Assembly: GCA_963845535.1 (NCBI GenBank)
Contig: CAWJSK010000011.1
Span: forward strand, 29,551 to 93,550
DNA: 64,000 nucleotides
Source of the DNA: an uncultured Spirochaetota bacterium
Lineage (GTDB): Bacteria; Spirochaetota; Spirochaetia; SZUA-6; Fen-1364
Direction: 5' to 3'
Shown here piece by piece: positions 17,768-28,474 of the stretch. How positions within the stretch are numbered: position 1 is the first letter of the stretch; each line of letters starts with the position of its first letter. The translations under genes and the position numbers were made by a program. The notes beneath the pieces are model-generated. The model was not told the origin of the DNA. It worked only from the letters and a program-made list of their open reading frames with translations, and did not search any database.

Positions 17768-18026
17768 ATCGAAGATTCCAGCGGCAAGGCCGCTTGAGCC
17801 CGAAAGACGAGCCCATCCACAATCCGTCCTTTCCGTCAGCGCTCCCGGCGCCAGCCACAGACGCTTGTGAGCTACTTGACAGACGCCGACGATTTCCCAT
17901 ATGACCTTGATTCGAGCACTTTCATCGGCTTTGCTCGGCTTTCGCAAACGCGAGTAAGCGTTGGAGAGCTTGGCCCTCCGCCTTTTGGCGGAAGGCCTCC
18001 GCAAATGCACTTCGTGCATTTGCTAC

Positions 18027-18108
18027 GGGGAGATTCCCGAGTGGTCAAAGGGGGCAGACTGTAAATCTGTTGGCTACGCCTTCGAAGGTTCGAATCCTTC
18101 TCTCCCCA
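18027..18108 (+). tRNA. tRNA-Tyr(GTA)
   Basis: GGGGAGA/TCTCCCC acceptor, loop CTGTAAA, long variable arm, TTCGAAT T-loop; no encoded CCA. Confidence 0.97.
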
Positions 18109-18110
18109 CG

Positions 18111-18145
18111 AGCCTTCTTCCAAGAAATGGGAAGAAGGCTTTTTT
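18111..18145 (+). terminator. rho-independent terminator after tRNA-Tyr
   Basis: AGCCTTCTTCC/GGAAGAAGGCT stem followed by a T run. Confidence 0.85.
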
Positions 18146-18180
18146 GTTCCGCGAGCGGTCAAAGAGAACCGGTACAGCAT

Positions 18181-18627
18181 ATGCTTGACGACACTTTCTA
18201 TCACGACGGCCTTCGATTTGATTGCACGCGGTGCTCGAAGTGCTGCCGCCATACCCCTGGGTATGTTTTCCTCTCCGAGGCCGACATCGGGCCCCTTGTT
18301 GCCGCGCTCGAGACCTCCCGGCAGGACTTCCTGCTCACGTATTGCCGACGCGTGCCATTTGGTCCCGTTCAAAGGCTCAGTCTCAAAGAGAAGCCGAACG
18401 TGGATTGCGTTTTCTGGGGGGAGGGTGGGTGCACCGTGTACGAGGCGCGACCCCTGCAGTGCCGCAGCTTTCCCTTCTGGGGCTCCTGCCTTTCCTCCCC
18501 AGAGGCGTGGGAAGACCAGGCTCGCCAGTGCCCTGGGATGGGCAAGGGCAGGGTGCATTCGCGGAACGAGATCGAGGCCTGGCTCGCCCGCAGAACGCGG
18601 GAGCCGTTCATTGCCGCAGGGAGCTGA
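18181..18627 (+). CDS. YkgJ-family CxxCxxCC cysteine-cluster protein
   Basis: FDCTRCSKCC ... DCVFW ... CTVYEARPLQCRSFPFW ... CPGMG. Confidence 0.9.
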   Translation: MLDDTFYHDGLRFDCTRCSKCCRHTPGYVFLSEADIGPLVAALETSRQDFLLTYCRRVPFGPVQRLSLKEKPNVDCVFWGEGGCTVYEARPLQCRSFPFWGSCLSSPEAWEDQARQCPGMGKGRVHSRNEIEAWLARRTREPFIAAGS

Positions 18628-18647
18628 GAAAGCGGGGGCTAAAGTGG

Positions 18648-18821
18648 ATGGGAGGCATTTTTCTTTCCGATAGTGAAGAAGACGAGCTGTACGTCCTCCT
18701 CAAGCCGCGCGAGGCGGGGCTTCCCGAGGCGCTGAAGGACCTCCTCCGCCGGGTGGAGCGTTCCTTGTACGCCCGGCTGACAATCGAGGAAATCGAGCGG
18801 CTGTCAGGGCGTTTTTCGTGA
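18648..18821 (+). CDS. 57-aa hypothetical protein
   Basis: MGGIFLSDSEEDELYVLLK...LYARLTIEEIERL; fills the intergenic gap in operon orientation. Confidence 0.6.
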   Translation: MGGIFLSDSEEDELYVLLKPREAGLPEALKDLLRRVERSLYARLTIEEIERLSGRFS

Positions 18822-18886
18822 AATCGTTGATTTCATGCTGCGTGAGCGCTATTTTCAGGTAGGGCCGGGGAAGGCCTGGTGGATCG

Positions 18887-19909
18887 ATGAGCAGACGCAC
18901 AATCCTTCTTCGGATCTCCGTGGTTGTCCTGGGAATAGTCGCGGTAGCATTGGCCGCGGTTCTCCTTGTCAACTCGAGCCCCGCGCGCGCGCGCTCCGCC
19001 GACAGACTTTTTTCCATCCAACGAGGTGAAACTCTCTCCCGCATCAGCCAGCGGCTTCAGGATGAAGGGTTCATCCGATTCGCGCCTTTTCTCGACGTAG
19101 TCGGCAGGATCAGGGGCACCCAAGGCGCTTTCAAGGCGGGGTACTATCGCATTCCGGCCGGAGCGTCGGCGCTTTCCATCCATTGGCTTCTCGTGGAAGG
19201 CGCCCAGACCCTTGAGAAGCTGACCATTCCTGAGGGATGGACCATCTCCAAGATAGCGCGCCATCTCGAAGCCCAGGGGGTGTGCAAGGCCTCTGATTTC
19301 CTGGCTGCCGCTCGTTCACCAGAGCTGCGTTCGCGTTTTGGCGTGCAGGGCCGCAGTCTCGAGGGATATCTTTTTCCGGATACCTATTACGTTCCCCGAC
19401 CGTTCCCCGCGGATGCCATGGCGGAGCTGATGGTGAAGACGTTCTTCGACAACATCACCCGGATCGAGCCGGGCTGGCAGGAGATGTCGCCGGAGAAGCA
19501 GCGGGACACGCTGATTGTGGCCTCGATTGTCGAGAGAGAGTACCGGATGCCCGACGAAGCTCCTCTTATCGCATCGGTGTTCTACAACAGGCTACGGCGG
19601 AATATGGGGCTTGAATCGTGCGCCACTCTTGAATATATTATTACGGAGATCCAGCAAAAGGCACACCCGGAGTACATCACGACAGAAGATGAGAAGCTCA
19701 ACTCACCCTACAACACGTATAAGTGGGCGGGCTTGCCACCGGGACCGATTTCAAACCCTGGAATGACGGCGTTGGAGGCCGCCTTCCATCCCGCGCAGAC
19801 GGATTTCCTGTACTTCGTGCTCCGTGACGCTGATGCAGGGAGGCATTACTTCTCGCGCGACCTGAGCGAGCATAATCAGGCGAAGTACCTCTATCTGAAG
19901 AAATCGTAG
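18887..19909 (+). CDS. mltG: endolytic transglycosylase MltG
   Basis: TIPEGW, LEGYLFPDTY, ASIVERE, SPYNTY and GLPPGPISNPG motifs. Confidence 0.96.
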   Translation: MSRRTILLRISVVVLGIVAVALAAVLLVNSSPARARSADRLFSIQRGETLSRISQRLQDEGFIRFAPFLDVVGRIRGTQGAFKAGYYRIPAGASALSIHWLLVEGAQTLEKLTIPEGWTISKIARHLEAQGVCKASDFLAAARSPELRSRFGVQGRSLEGYLFPDTYYVPRPFPADAMAELMVKTFFDNITRIEPGWQEMSPEKQRDTLIVASIVEREYRMPDEAPLIASVFYNRLRRNMGLESCATLEYIITEIQQKAHPEYITTEDEKLNSPYNTYKWAGLPPGPISNPGMTALEAAFHPAQTDFLYFVLRDADAGRHYFSRDLSEHNQAKYLYLKKS

Positions 19910-19912
19910 GGT

Positions 19913-21697
19913 ATGCGGATACCGGAAAGTACGCTCTCCGAGATTCAGAACCGCCTCGACATCGCGGAGGTCATCGGAGAGTACGTCGCCTTGCAGCGCA
20001 AAGGGGGGAGGTACTGGGGGCTGTGCCCCTTTCACCAGGAGAAGTCGCCGTCTTTCACCGTGACGCCGGAGAAAGGCGTGTACTACTGCTTCGGGTGCCA
20101 AAAGGGGGGCGGACTTTTCCAGTTTATCATGGATGTCGAGAAGCTCGAATGGCGTGACGCCGTGGAGCTTCTGGCCAAGAAGGCGGGGATCGAGATCCCG
20201 CGCGGTGAGGACAGAGGGGAAGGGGCCAAGCGGGAGGGGCTCCTCGAGCTGAACAAAAGGGTGGCGGGAAGCTTCCACTGGCTCCTGTGTGAGGACGCGC
20301 AGGCGGAATCTGCCAGGAAGTATCTGGCCTCTCGTGGGGTGAGCAGGCCTATTATGGACAGCTTCCAGCTGGGCTATGCGCCTCCGGAGCGGGAATGGCT
20401 GCACAGGTTCCTGATGCAGAAGAGCTATTCGGAGGAGTTCCTTTCTCAGACGGGTCTGTTCATGCAAGGTTCCCGAAGCGGCACAGCGGCTCTTTTTGCC
20501 AACCGCGTGATGTTCCCGATTGCCAACGCCCGGGGGGAAACGCTGGCTTTCGGAGGCAGGGCGCTGGGAGATGCCCAGCCCAAGTACTTGAACTCCCCAG
20601 AAACGGCTTTCTTCCGCAAGGGAGAAAACCTTTTCGCAATCGACAAGGCGGCACCCGCTATCCGGAGCGCCGGCGCGTTCGTGCTCGTGGAGGGCTACAT
20701 GGATGTCCTGGCGATGCACCAGGCGGACATCGTCAATTGCGTAGCCCCTCTGGGCACGGCGCTCACGGAATCCCAGGTTCGCCTCCTGAAGCGATACGCG
20801 CAGAAGGGGATCCTGGTCTTCGACGGTGACGAGGCAGGCCAGAAGGCGACCATGCGGGCGGTGGAGATGCTTGAGCGCCAGGACCTCATTGCTGAGGTGG
20901 TTGAGCTTCCGAATGGCATGGACCCGGCGGATTTCGTTCAGAACGGGGAGATCGGCAAGCTCCGAGGGGTGATGGAAAAGCCCATGGAGAGCTTTCGCTA
21001 CTTGACGGCAAAAGCGGCCGCCCGGTACGCGCTCTCCACGCCTGAGGGCAGGGAAGGGATGCGGGATTTTCTGTTCCCGTTCGTTGCCGCGGTGAGCTCG
21101 CAGCTGAGAGCGGACGGCTACCTGTCGCAGATCGCTGAATCCCTTGATGCCGAGCCGGGCGCCATCCGGAGGGATTTCTCCACGTGGAGGACGCGGGAGA
21201 AGGGGAGAAGCCAGGGGAACGCGATGAAAGCGCCCGAGATGTCCCAGACGCTTTCGGCTGATCTTTTTCTCCTTCTTGCAGTCGCGGCAAACCGGGAGCT
21301 TTTCCCGATTGTGCGCGGCGGAGGCATCTCGCTTCCCGACGACCTTGATGACGAGCGCGCCCGGGCGCTTTTCGTCGCCTTGGAGGAATGCTTTCGGGCG
21401 GAGGAAAAAGGGCTGGATGCCCTGTGCGCGCGTATAGAGTCGTCGGAGTTGAGGGACCTCGTTGTTCGGAAGATCGCGAGCGGCGAGTTCGACCTGAACC
21501 AGGAAAAGATGGTGAGGGACGGCGTGCGGAACGTGCGGCAAAGGGAGCTGGCAAAGCGGATCGATCAGCTTGGGGCTGAGATGAGACGGATGGAACGCGA
21601 GCGGCCGGATGCGGCCCGCCTTCGGGAGCTTTTGGCGGAAAAAATGCATCTGGACGATGAGCTCGCGAAACTGAACACGGGGGCTGCAAGGGCTTGA
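19913..21697 (+). CDS. dnaG: DNA primase
   Basis: [11 protein letters not shown] zinc finger, [18 protein letters not shown] and DGDEAG motifs. Confidence 0.97.
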   Translation: MRIPESTLSEIQNRLDIAEVIGEYVALQRKGGRYWGLCPFHQEKSPSFTVTPEKGVYYCFGCQKGGGLFQFIMDVEKLEWRDAVELLAKKAGIEIPRGEDRGEGAKREGLLELNKRVAGSFHWLLCEDAQAESARKYLASRGVSRPIMDSFQLGYAPPEREWLHRFLMQKSYSEEFLSQTGLFMQGSRSGTAALFANRVMFPIANARGETLAFGGRALGDAQPKYLNSPETAFFRKGENLFAIDKAAPAIRSAGAFVLVEGYMDVLAMHQADIVNCVAPLGTALTESQVRLLKRYAQKGILVFDGDEAGQKATMRAVEMLERQDLIAEVVELPNGMDPADFVQNGEIGKLRGVMEKPMESFRYLTAKAAARYALSTPEGREGMRDFLFPFVAAVSSQLRADGYLSQIAESLDAEPGAIRRDFSTWRTREKGRSQGNAMKAPEMSQTLSADLFLLLAVAANRELFPIVRGGGISLPDDLDDERARALFVALEECFRAEEKGLDALCARIESSELRDLVVRKIASGEFDLNQEKMVRDGVRNVRQRELAKRIDQLGAEMRRMERERPDAARLRELLAEKMHLDDELAKLNTGAARA

Positions 21698-23547
21698 AAC
21701 CGAAAACAACGACCAAGAACAGGGAAGCTCCGCGCGCTGCGTCGCGGGAATCAGCTCGAAAGAGGGAGAAGGCTGCCGGCAGGGTAGCCTCCAAGGCGGC
21801 GCGCGGGGTCGCCGTTCCCCCGGTGAGCACCGAGCTTGCGGACGACCCGTCCGTCAAGAAGCTTCTCGAGTACGCCAAGGGCAAGAAGAGCGTCAGCTAT
21901 GACGAGGTGAACGACTTCCTCCCCGACGCCATCGTGCACTCCGACCGGATCGAAGAGGTCATCGGGCTGCTGGCGAAGCACAACATCAAGCTCGAGGAAG
22001 AGGAAATCAGCCTCGAGATTGAGGAAGAGAAGCCGGGGAAGGACCGCAAGAAGCTCATCTACAGCGACAAGGAATCCTCGGTGGATGACCCCATCCGCCT
22101 CTACCTCCGTGAGATCGGGAAAGAGAACCTCCTGACCGCGGAGCAGGAGGTGGAGCTTTCCAAGAGAATGGAAGAGGGGGAGAACATCATCAAGGGGGTC
22201 ATCAAGAACTCCGGCGTGCTGGTGCGGGAGTTCCTCCGCCTTGGCTTGCGCGCCACCTCCGTGAAAGACCCCCGGGAGATGAACCTCACCAAGAGGGAGG
22301 CAACCGAATACCTTGCGGAAACGCGCAAGCTCGGCGCGTTCTACAAGGAGCCTTTCAAGGACCACTTGGACGGCGTGAAGCGCTACATGGAGATGAAACG
22401 CCACGCCGAGTCGGAGGGCGGGGACATCTTCGATGACGCGTTCCTGGAAATCCGCAAGGACGTGGCGGACTCCCTGAAGAAGGTCGAGCTGCGGCCGGAG
22501 GACATTGCTGCAATCGCGGACCGCCTCATTGCCGTGGCGCGCCGCATCCGTTCCATCCAGAAGGAAATGACTCGCGTGGAGAAGCGCCTCCACATCGCCT
22601 CTGCAAAGGATATGAAGTCCCTTGTGCGCAGGCTTGCCGTCAACGCCGAGCGTGAGAAGATGGAGAAGGCGGTCGGGATGGGATCAGAACGGGTGCGGGA
22701 GCTTCTGCACCTGCACCAAGGCAATGAAAAAAAGCTCCAGCGCTACGAGACGGTGTTCGAGAACAAGAGCGAAGACATCCTCGCCATGGCGGACGAGATC
22801 GAGCGCGGCCGGATCCTCATGAAAGAGGCAAAAGACCGTCTCATCAAGGCCAACCTTCGCCTCGTGGTAAGCATCGCCAAAAAGTACACCAACCGCGGGC
22901 TCCATTTCTTCGACCTCGTGCAGGAAGGGAACATCGGCCTGATCAAGGCGGTGGAAAAGTTCGAGTATCGCAAGGGCTACAAGTTCTCGACGTACGCAAC
23001 GTGGTGGATCCGCCAGGCCATTACCCGTTCGATCTCCGACCAGGCGCGCACCATCCGGGTGCCCGTGCACATGATCGAGCAGATCAACAAGGTGATGCGC
23101 GAATCCCGACAGCTCATGCAGGTCCTGGGCCGTGAGCCCACGGATGACGAAGTGGCGGAGAAGCTCGGGTGGGCTACAGGCCGCGTGAAGGCCGTGAAAA
23201 GCGTGGCCCGGGAGCCGATCTCCCTGGAAACCCCCATTGGGGAGGAAGAAGACAGCCTCCTGGGGGATTTCATCGAAGACAAGGAAGTGGAAAGCCCCTC
23301 CAACATGACGGCGTTCCGGCTGCTCCAGGAACAGCTCGAGTCGGTCCTGACAACGCTTCCCCCGCGCGAGCAGGAAGTGCTCAAGATGCGCTTCGGTTTG
23401 GAGGACGGGTATTCCCTGACGCTGGAGGAGGTGGGCCTCTACTTTAACGTGACCCGGGAGCGCATTCGTCAGATCGAGGCCAAGGCGCTTCGACGGCTGC
23501 GCCACCCGACGCGAAGCCGCCGCCTGAAAGATTATCTGGAACACTAG
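21694..23547 (+). CDS. rpoD: RNA polymerase primary sigma factor
   Basis: [49 protein letters not shown] and [10 protein letters not shown] motifs. Confidence 0.97.
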   Translation: MKPKTTTKNREAPRAASRESARKREKAAGRVASKAARGVAVPPVSTELADDPSVKKLLEYAKGKKSVSYDEVNDFLPDAIVHSDRIEEVIGLLAKHNIKLEEEEISLEIEEEKPGKDRKKLIYSDKESSVDDPIRLYLREIGKENLLTAEQEVELSKRMEEGENIIKGVIKNSGVLVREFLRLGLRATSVKDPREMNLTKREATEYLAETRKLGAFYKEPFKDHLDGVKRYMEMKRHAESEGGDIFDDAFLEIRKDVADSLKKVELRPEDIAAIADRLIAVARRIRSIQKEMTRVEKRLHIASAKDMKSLVRRLAVNAEREKMEKAVGMGSERVRELLHLHQGNEKKLQRYETVFENKSEDILAMADEIERGRILMKEAKDRLIKANLRLVVSIAKKYTNRGLHFFDLVQEGNIGLIKAVEKFEYRKGYKFSTYATWWIRQAITRSISDQARTIRVPVHMIEQINKVMRESRQLMQVLGREPTDDEVAEKLGWATGRVKAVKSVAREPISLETPIGEEEDSLLGDFIEDKEVESPSNMTAFRLLQEQLESVLTTLPPREQEVLKMRFGLEDGYSLTLEEVGLYFNVTRERIRQIEAKALRRLRHPTRSRRLKDYLEH

Positions 23548-23564
23548 CAGGAAGAAGGAAAAAC

Positions 23565-24383
23565 ATGGCACGGACAGTCTATGACAAGCTGAGAGCGCTC
23601 CAGGAGGTCCTCTCGAAGAAGTTCGAGGTGGAGAAGGAAATCCAGGAGATACCCAAGTCCCTGGCAACCAAGACGGAGCTGCTGAACCGTCTGAAAAAAT
23701 CCTTCATGGACAAGAGCGCCACCAATGAGGCGGCGCTGGCCCGCGTGGCTGACCTCGGCCAGAAGCTCACGGACGCCGAGCAGAGCCGCACGTCCTATGA
23801 AGGCCAGATGGACGAGATCAAGACGCAGCGCGAGTATGAGGCTCTCGACAAGGAGATCAAGGACGCTACGGAGAAGGAAGGGCAGCTTCGCAAGGAGCTG
23901 CAGCGCGAGCAGGCGACCCTGGAAGAGCTGAAGAACGCAATCGAAAAAGAAGAAGCCATGATCAGCAAGCAGGAAGAGGACGTCAAGGAAGAGCAATCCA
24001 AGATCAAGGTCAAGATCAAGGAGAAGAACGGCGACCTGAAGAAGTTGCAGGGAGATGAGAAGAAAATCACTCCCGGCCTCGATGAGGACATCCTTTTCAA
24101 GTTCGAGCGGATCATCAAGAGCAAGTCCGGGCTCGGCATCGTCTCTCTCACCAAGGGCGTCTGCACCGGGTGCTACATGATCCTCCCTCCCCAGTTCGTC
24201 AACACGGTCAGGCTCGGAGAAGGTGTGGAGTTCTGCCCGTATTGCAGCCGCATTCTCTTCTACCAGGAGGATGAGGAAGACGAAAGCGTCGAGTCGGCAG
24301 CAATCGAAGAAGAAGCAGAAGAAGAGGAAGAAGAAGAGGAGGAAGAGGAAGAGGCGCCGGAGGAAGAGGAAGAGGAAATATAA
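23565..24383 (+). CDS. coiled-coil protein with C4 zinc ribbon (CT398/HP0958-like) and acidic tail
   Basis: Long coiled coil, CTGC...CPYCSRIL, poly-Glu C-terminus. Confidence 0.88.
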   Translation: MARTVYDKLRALQEVLSKKFEVEKEIQEIPKSLATKTELLNRLKKSFMDKSATNEAALARVADLGQKLTDAEQSRTSYEGQMDEIKTQREYEALDKEIKDATEKEGQLRKELQREQATLEELKNAIEKEEAMISKQEEDVKEEQSKIKVKIKEKNGDLKKLQGDEKKITPGLDEDILFKFERIIKSKSGLGIVSLTKGVCTGCYMILPPQFVNTVRLGEGVEFCPYCSRILFYQEDEEDESVESAAIEEEAEEEEEEEEEEEEAPEEEEEEI

Positions 24384-24477
24384 GGAAGACGCGCTCATCG
24401 CTCTCGTTGAGCGCTGCCCGACCGTCGCTCTTGCCTCCGCGCGGGTTACCGCGCTAGGGCTGTTGCGACGGTCGGGC

Positions 24478-24506
24478 TTGCACATTATCGACCTGCGGTC
24501 GATAAT
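24478..24506 (+). promoter_or_regulatory. rnpB promoter embedded in a 14-bp perfect inverted repeat
   Basis: TTGCAC-17 nt-GATAAT; GCACATTATCGACC-tgc-GGTCGATAATGTGC (24480-24510). Confidence 0.65.
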
Positions 24507-24511
24507 GTGCT

Positions 24512-24931
24512 GGGCAGATCAGGTCACCGCCTTCCGCGCGTCTCCATAGGAGACGCGCTCGAGGGAGGAAAGTCCGGGCTCCAGAGAGCAGAACGCCGGC
24601 TAACCGCCGGGTCTCGGGCCTTGCGCGCAAGCGCGAGAATCCCGGGAACAGACAGTGCCACAGAAAGAATACCGCTTCCGCGTGCCTCCTTCGGAGTCAC
24701 GCTAGAGCAAGGGTGAAAAGGCGGGGTAAGAGCCCACCGCTCGTCCGGTGACGGACGGGGCACGGAAAACCTCGTTCGGAGCAAAGCCAAGCAGCAGGGG
24801 GCTGCTCGCCCTCCAGCGCGGGTCCGTAGGAGCCGCGCTGGAAACCTGCGGGTAGGCTGCACGAGGGCGCGGGAAACCGCGTCCCCAGAGAGATGGTGAC
24901 CCTCGACAGAACCCGGCTTATCGGTCTGCCC
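24512..24931 (+). ncRNA. rnpB: RNase P RNA (type A)
   Basis: GAGGAAAGTCCGGGCT, ACAGTGCCACAGAAA, GGGTGAAA..GGGTAAGAGCCC, GGAGCAA and ACAGAACCCGGCTTAT; P1 GGGCAGATC/GGTCTGCCC. Confidence 0.97.
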
Positions 24932-24972
24932 TTTTTCTGATATTACTTGAGCGTGCCCTGCGTGAAAGACTC

Positions 24973-25920
24973 ATGATCCTGAACTATGACCATTACCGGA
25001 CCGGCCAGCGCAAGCGCGGCCGACGGACCGCCCTTGTCACGGTTGGCGCCGGAGCGCTGCTCCTCCTCGTGGTGCTGGCGCTCGTCCTGAAACTCCCTTC
25101 CCGCCTGTTCGACCCCGGGGTGATGCGGCAGGCGCCGGGAAGGCTGCCTGACCTCTGGAAAGCGGAGAACTACGAAGGGGTCATTGCCGCCTCGGATTCC
25201 CGACTCCGGGGGGATCCCTTGGACGCCACGGCCCTGTCCTATCGAGGCTTCGCCTACTTCTACCGGGCCGTCGCGGAGAATGCCCTGGAAGAGAAGCTGC
25301 CGTTGCTGGATGAAAGCATTGTATCGCTGCGCCGCGCCCTCCTTTCCGGCACGCCGTTCGTGGGAGAGGTCGACTATGTCCTGGGCAAGGCGTATTTCTA
25401 CAAGGGCAAGTACTACTACGATGAGTCCATTTCGTACATGGAAGCCTCCCTTGCCAAGGGATACGTGCAGAAGGACTCCAACGAGTACATCGGCCTCTCG
25501 TACACCCAGCTCGGGGACTACGACAAGGGCATGGAGTATTTCCTGACGGCTCTCAAAGATGACTCCGGAGACCTGCTGCTCTTGACAATCGGGCAAACTT
25601 ACTACCAGATGAAGCGGACCGCTGACGCAATCGACTATCTGCTTCGGACCCTCAACAAGACCGACGACAAGGCAATCGAGAAGCGCGCGCGGTTCCTCCT
25701 GGGCGAGATCTATCTCGACCGGAATGAGCTTTTCAAGGCTGAGGAGCAGTACGCCGCAATCGTAAAGATTGATCCCCAGTCCGCGGACGCTCATTTCTTC
25801 CTGGGAGAGGTTTACTCGAAGATGAATGATCCGGTGAAGGCCAGGGCGGAATGGCGGAATGCCTTGATCATTGATCCTTCATACTACGGAGCCAAGCTCC
25901 GTTACTACTCGCGGAAGTAG
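24973..25920 (+). CDS. membrane-anchored tetratricopeptide repeat protein
   Basis: N-terminal TM helix and multiple TPR motifs (LGKAYF, IGLSY, LGEIY, LGEVY). Confidence 0.88.
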   Translation: MILNYDHYRTGQRKRGRRTALVTVGAGALLLLVVLALVLKLPSRLFDPGVMRQAPGRLPDLWKAENYEGVIAASDSRLRGDPLDATALSYRGFAYFYRAVAENALEEKLPLLDESIVSLRRALLSGTPFVGEVDYVLGKAYFYKGKYYYDESISYMEASLAKGYVQKDSNEYIGLSYTQLGDYDKGMEYFLTALKDDSGDLLLLTIGQTYYQMKRTADAIDYLLRTLNKTDDKAIEKRARFLLGEIYLDRNELFKAEEQYAAIVKIDPQSADAHFFLGEVYSKMNDPVKARAEWRNALIIDPSYYGAKLRYYSRK

Positions 25921-25969
25921 TGAGCATGTGCGCCGCGGCCCGAGCCGGCATACAAGGGAGGTTTTCCTC

Positions 25970-27007
25970 ATGGCCTGGGACAGGATGTTCGAAGCTTTCT
26001 CCACGGACCTCGGCATAGACCTTGGTACCTGCAGCACTCTCGTTCACGCTCGGGGCAAGGGGATCGTTCTGTGCGAGCCGTCCGTGGTTGCAATGGAGCG
26101 TGGAACGAAGAAGGTCATGGCGGTGGGCACGGAAGCCAAGAAGATGCTCTGGAAGACACCGGGAGACATCGTGGCCCTGCGGCCCATCCGTGACGGAGTG
26201 ATCGCGGATTTCGAAGCCACCGAAAAGATGATCCGCTATTTCATCGAGAAGGTGATTTCCCGGCGATGGTTCGTGAAGCCACGGATGGTCATCGGCGTCC
26301 CCACCTGCATCACGGAGGTGGAGAAGCGCGCCGTTCGGGACTCCGCAGAGCAGGCGGGAGCGCGTGAGGTGTACCTCATCCAGGAGTCCATGGCCGCGGC
26401 AATCGGCGCCAACATCCCCATCCTGGAGCCCGCGGGGCACATGATCTGCGACATCGGGGGCGGAACAACCGAGATTTCCGTCATCTCCCTCGGAGGGATG
26501 GTCGTGACGAACGCCATTCGCGTGGGCGGAGATGAGTTTGACGAGGCCATCATCAAGCACGTGAGAAACGTGCACAACCTCATCGTCGGAGAGTCCACGG
26601 CGGAAAACGTAAAGATCACCATCGGAAACGCCTCTCCAGACAAGAAGATCGACAAGATGGAGATCAAGGGCACGGATGCAATCACCGGTCTTCCCCGGAA
26701 GCTGGAAATGGACTCCGTGGAGGTGCGTGAGGCGCTGCAGGAGCCCATCAACACCGTGATCGAGGAAATCAAAAAGACCCTTGGCCAGACGCCGCCGGAG
26801 CTTGCCGCGGACATCGTGGAGCGCGGCATCGTGATGACCGGAGGAGGCTCCCTGCTCAAGGGTTTCCCCAAGCTCATCTCCAAGGAAACCGGGGTGCCGG
26901 TGATTCTTGCCGAGAATCCTCTTTTGTGCGTGGCCCTCGGCGCGGGAAAGTTCCTTGAAAGCCTGGTGCGGGAGAAGAACTCCAAGTACTTCAACGTGAA
27001 GACCTGA
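25970..27007 (+). CDS. mreB: rod shape-determining protein MreB
   Basis: [27 protein letters not shown] and TGGGSLL motifs; GGGAGG RBS. Confidence 0.98.
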   Translation: MAWDRMFEAFSTDLGIDLGTCSTLVHARGKGIVLCEPSVVAMERGTKKVMAVGTEAKKMLWKTPGDIVALRPIRDGVIADFEATEKMIRYFIEKVISRRWFVKPRMVIGVPTCITEVEKRAVRDSAEQAGAREVYLIQESMAAAIGANIPILEPAGHMICDIGGGTTEISVISLGGMVVTNAIRVGGDEFDEAIIKHVRNVHNLIVGESTAENVKITIGNASPDKKIDKMEIKGTDAITGLPRKLEMDSVEVREALQEPINTVIEEIKKTLGQTPPELAADIVERGIVMTGGGSLLKGFPKLISKETGVPVILAENPLLCVALGAGKFLESLVREKNSKYFNVKT

Positions 27008-27011
27008 TCTC

Positions 27012-27962
27012 ATGCCCGGTCTGTTCGAAGGATTCATTGCCAGGCACAGGAAGGGAGTCACCCTCACCGTTCTCATCGTCGTGTCCCTTGTGTTCCTTCT
27101 CGTCTCCAACAGGGCGGTGGTGATCAAGCCCAAGGAGGTGGGGCTTTCCTTCGTGGGCTTCTTTCAGAAAGGGTTCACGGGCTTTTTCCGATGGTTCGGG
27201 GACACGGCCGGCTCCATCCGGCAGCTCAACGCCGCCCGCGACGAGCTTGATGCCGCGCGGCAAAAGCTCCAGGACATGGATCGGGTCACGCGGGATATCG
27301 TCGAGCTTCGCCGCCAGAACGCAATGCTGCGGGAACAGCTTGATTTCGCGCAAACGCTCCCTCCGGACCGAATTGCGGCCGAGGTCATTGCGCGGGATTC
27401 GGACAACCTGTTTTCCACCATCACCATCAACAAGGGCTCGCGCCAGGGTGTCAAACCCGGGATGCCTGTAGTGGCCTATCAGGGCGACATGGAAGGGCTG
27501 GTGGGAAAAGTGCTGTCCGTCGGACCGGGAGCATCGGAGATTCTTCCGCTGTATGATCCCCAGTGTTTTGTCTCCGCCCGGCTCGACAGCACCCGAGACG
27601 AAGGTCTCGTCAAAGGAGAGGGGAAAGACCACGGAACCGTGCTCCTCCAGTACGTGAAGAAAACGGCAAAGGACGCCATCCAATACGGCGACCTCGTTGT
27701 CACCTCAGGACTGGGCGGGCTCTACCCGAAAGGCATAAACCTGGGCCGTGTGCGCGAGATCAAAGCTTTGGCATATGAGACTTCCCTGGAGATCGAAGTG
27801 GAGCCGATCGTCAACTTCGACAGGTTGGAATACGTGCTTCTCATAGACGCGGAGAGCGCTCCCGTTGTCGACCAATCCGACGCGCCGGCAGCCTCCGCGC
27901 CGGATGCGGCGCCAGGGACGGCGCCCAAACCCGCGGCGACGCAGGGAGCGGCAAGCCAGTGA
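27012..27962 (+). CDS. mreC: rod shape-determining protein MreC
   Basis: TM, coiled coil, ITINKGS, GLVGKV and VTSGLGGLYPKGI motifs. Confidence 0.95.
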   Translation: MPGLFEGFIARHRKGVTLTVLIVVSLVFLLVSNRAVVIKPKEVGLSFVGFFQKGFTGFFRWFGDTAGSIRQLNAARDELDAARQKLQDMDRVTRDIVELRRQNAMLREQLDFAQTLPPDRIAAEVIARDSDNLFSTITINKGSRQGVKPGMPVVAYQGDMEGLVGKVLSVGPGASEILPLYDPQCFVSARLDSTRDEGLVKGEGKDHGTVLLQYVKKTAKDAIQYGDLVVTSGLGGLYPKGINLGRVREIKALAYETSLEIEVEPIVNFDRLEYVLLIDAESAPVVDQSDAPAASAPDAAPGTAPKPAATQGAASQ

Positions 27963-28474
27963 ACAGAGACGTTCGAGTCACGGTTTCCACCGTCATTGCC
28001 CTTGCCGTCTGCATTCTCCTCCAGTCGACGATCCTCAACCGGATAGCCATCAAGGGCGTCCGTCCGGATCTGGCGCTCATCGTGCTCGTTTTCGTGTCCA
28101 TGCGCCGCGGCTCAATGGTCGGGCAGGTCTCGGGTTTCGCGGCCGGCTTTTTCGAGGACCTGATGAATGTGTCGCCGCTGGGGTTCCACTCCCTGATGCG
28201 GACCCTCATCGGCTACCTCTATGGGATCTTCGCCGGCAACGTGTTCATTGACCCGTTCCTCATGCCCATGGTCCTCACGGTGATAGCCACCATTCTCAAG
28301 GGTGTGCTGTCCGGGATTATTTCGGCGATCTTCGGCATCGCTTCCTCGGGATTCATCACTTTCACGGGCCGGCTCTGGATCGAGGTCGCCTACAACGGCG
28401 TCCTTGCGCCGTTCCTTTTTGCCCTCCTCGGCCTCTTTCGCATCTTCAAGCAGGCGGACAAGGAAGGAGCTTGA
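27959..28474 (+). CDS. mreD: rod shape-determining protein MreD
   Basis: Hydrophobic protein with RPDLALI, GFAAGFFEDL and PLGF motifs; follows mreC. Confidence 0.93.
   Translation: MNRDVRVTVSTVIALAVCILLQSTILNRIAIKGVRPDLALIVLVFVSMRRGSMVGQVSGFAAGFFEDLMNVSPLGFHSLMRTLIGYLYGIFAGNVFIDPFLMPMVLTVIATILKGVLSGIISAIFGIASSGFITFTGRLWIEVAYNGVLAPFLFALLGLFRIFKQADKEGA

Noticed and set aside
15030..18026. Prophage or integrative conjugative element
   Set aside because: No integrase, phage structural, replication or conjugation genes; only small cargo genes
19751..21709. Long antisense ORFs (652 aa opposite dnaG, 570 aa opposite PP2C, 461 aa at 9658, 439 aa at 54128 and others)
   Set aside because: Shadow ORFs from high-GC codon bias opposite clearly identified genes; no recognisable motifs
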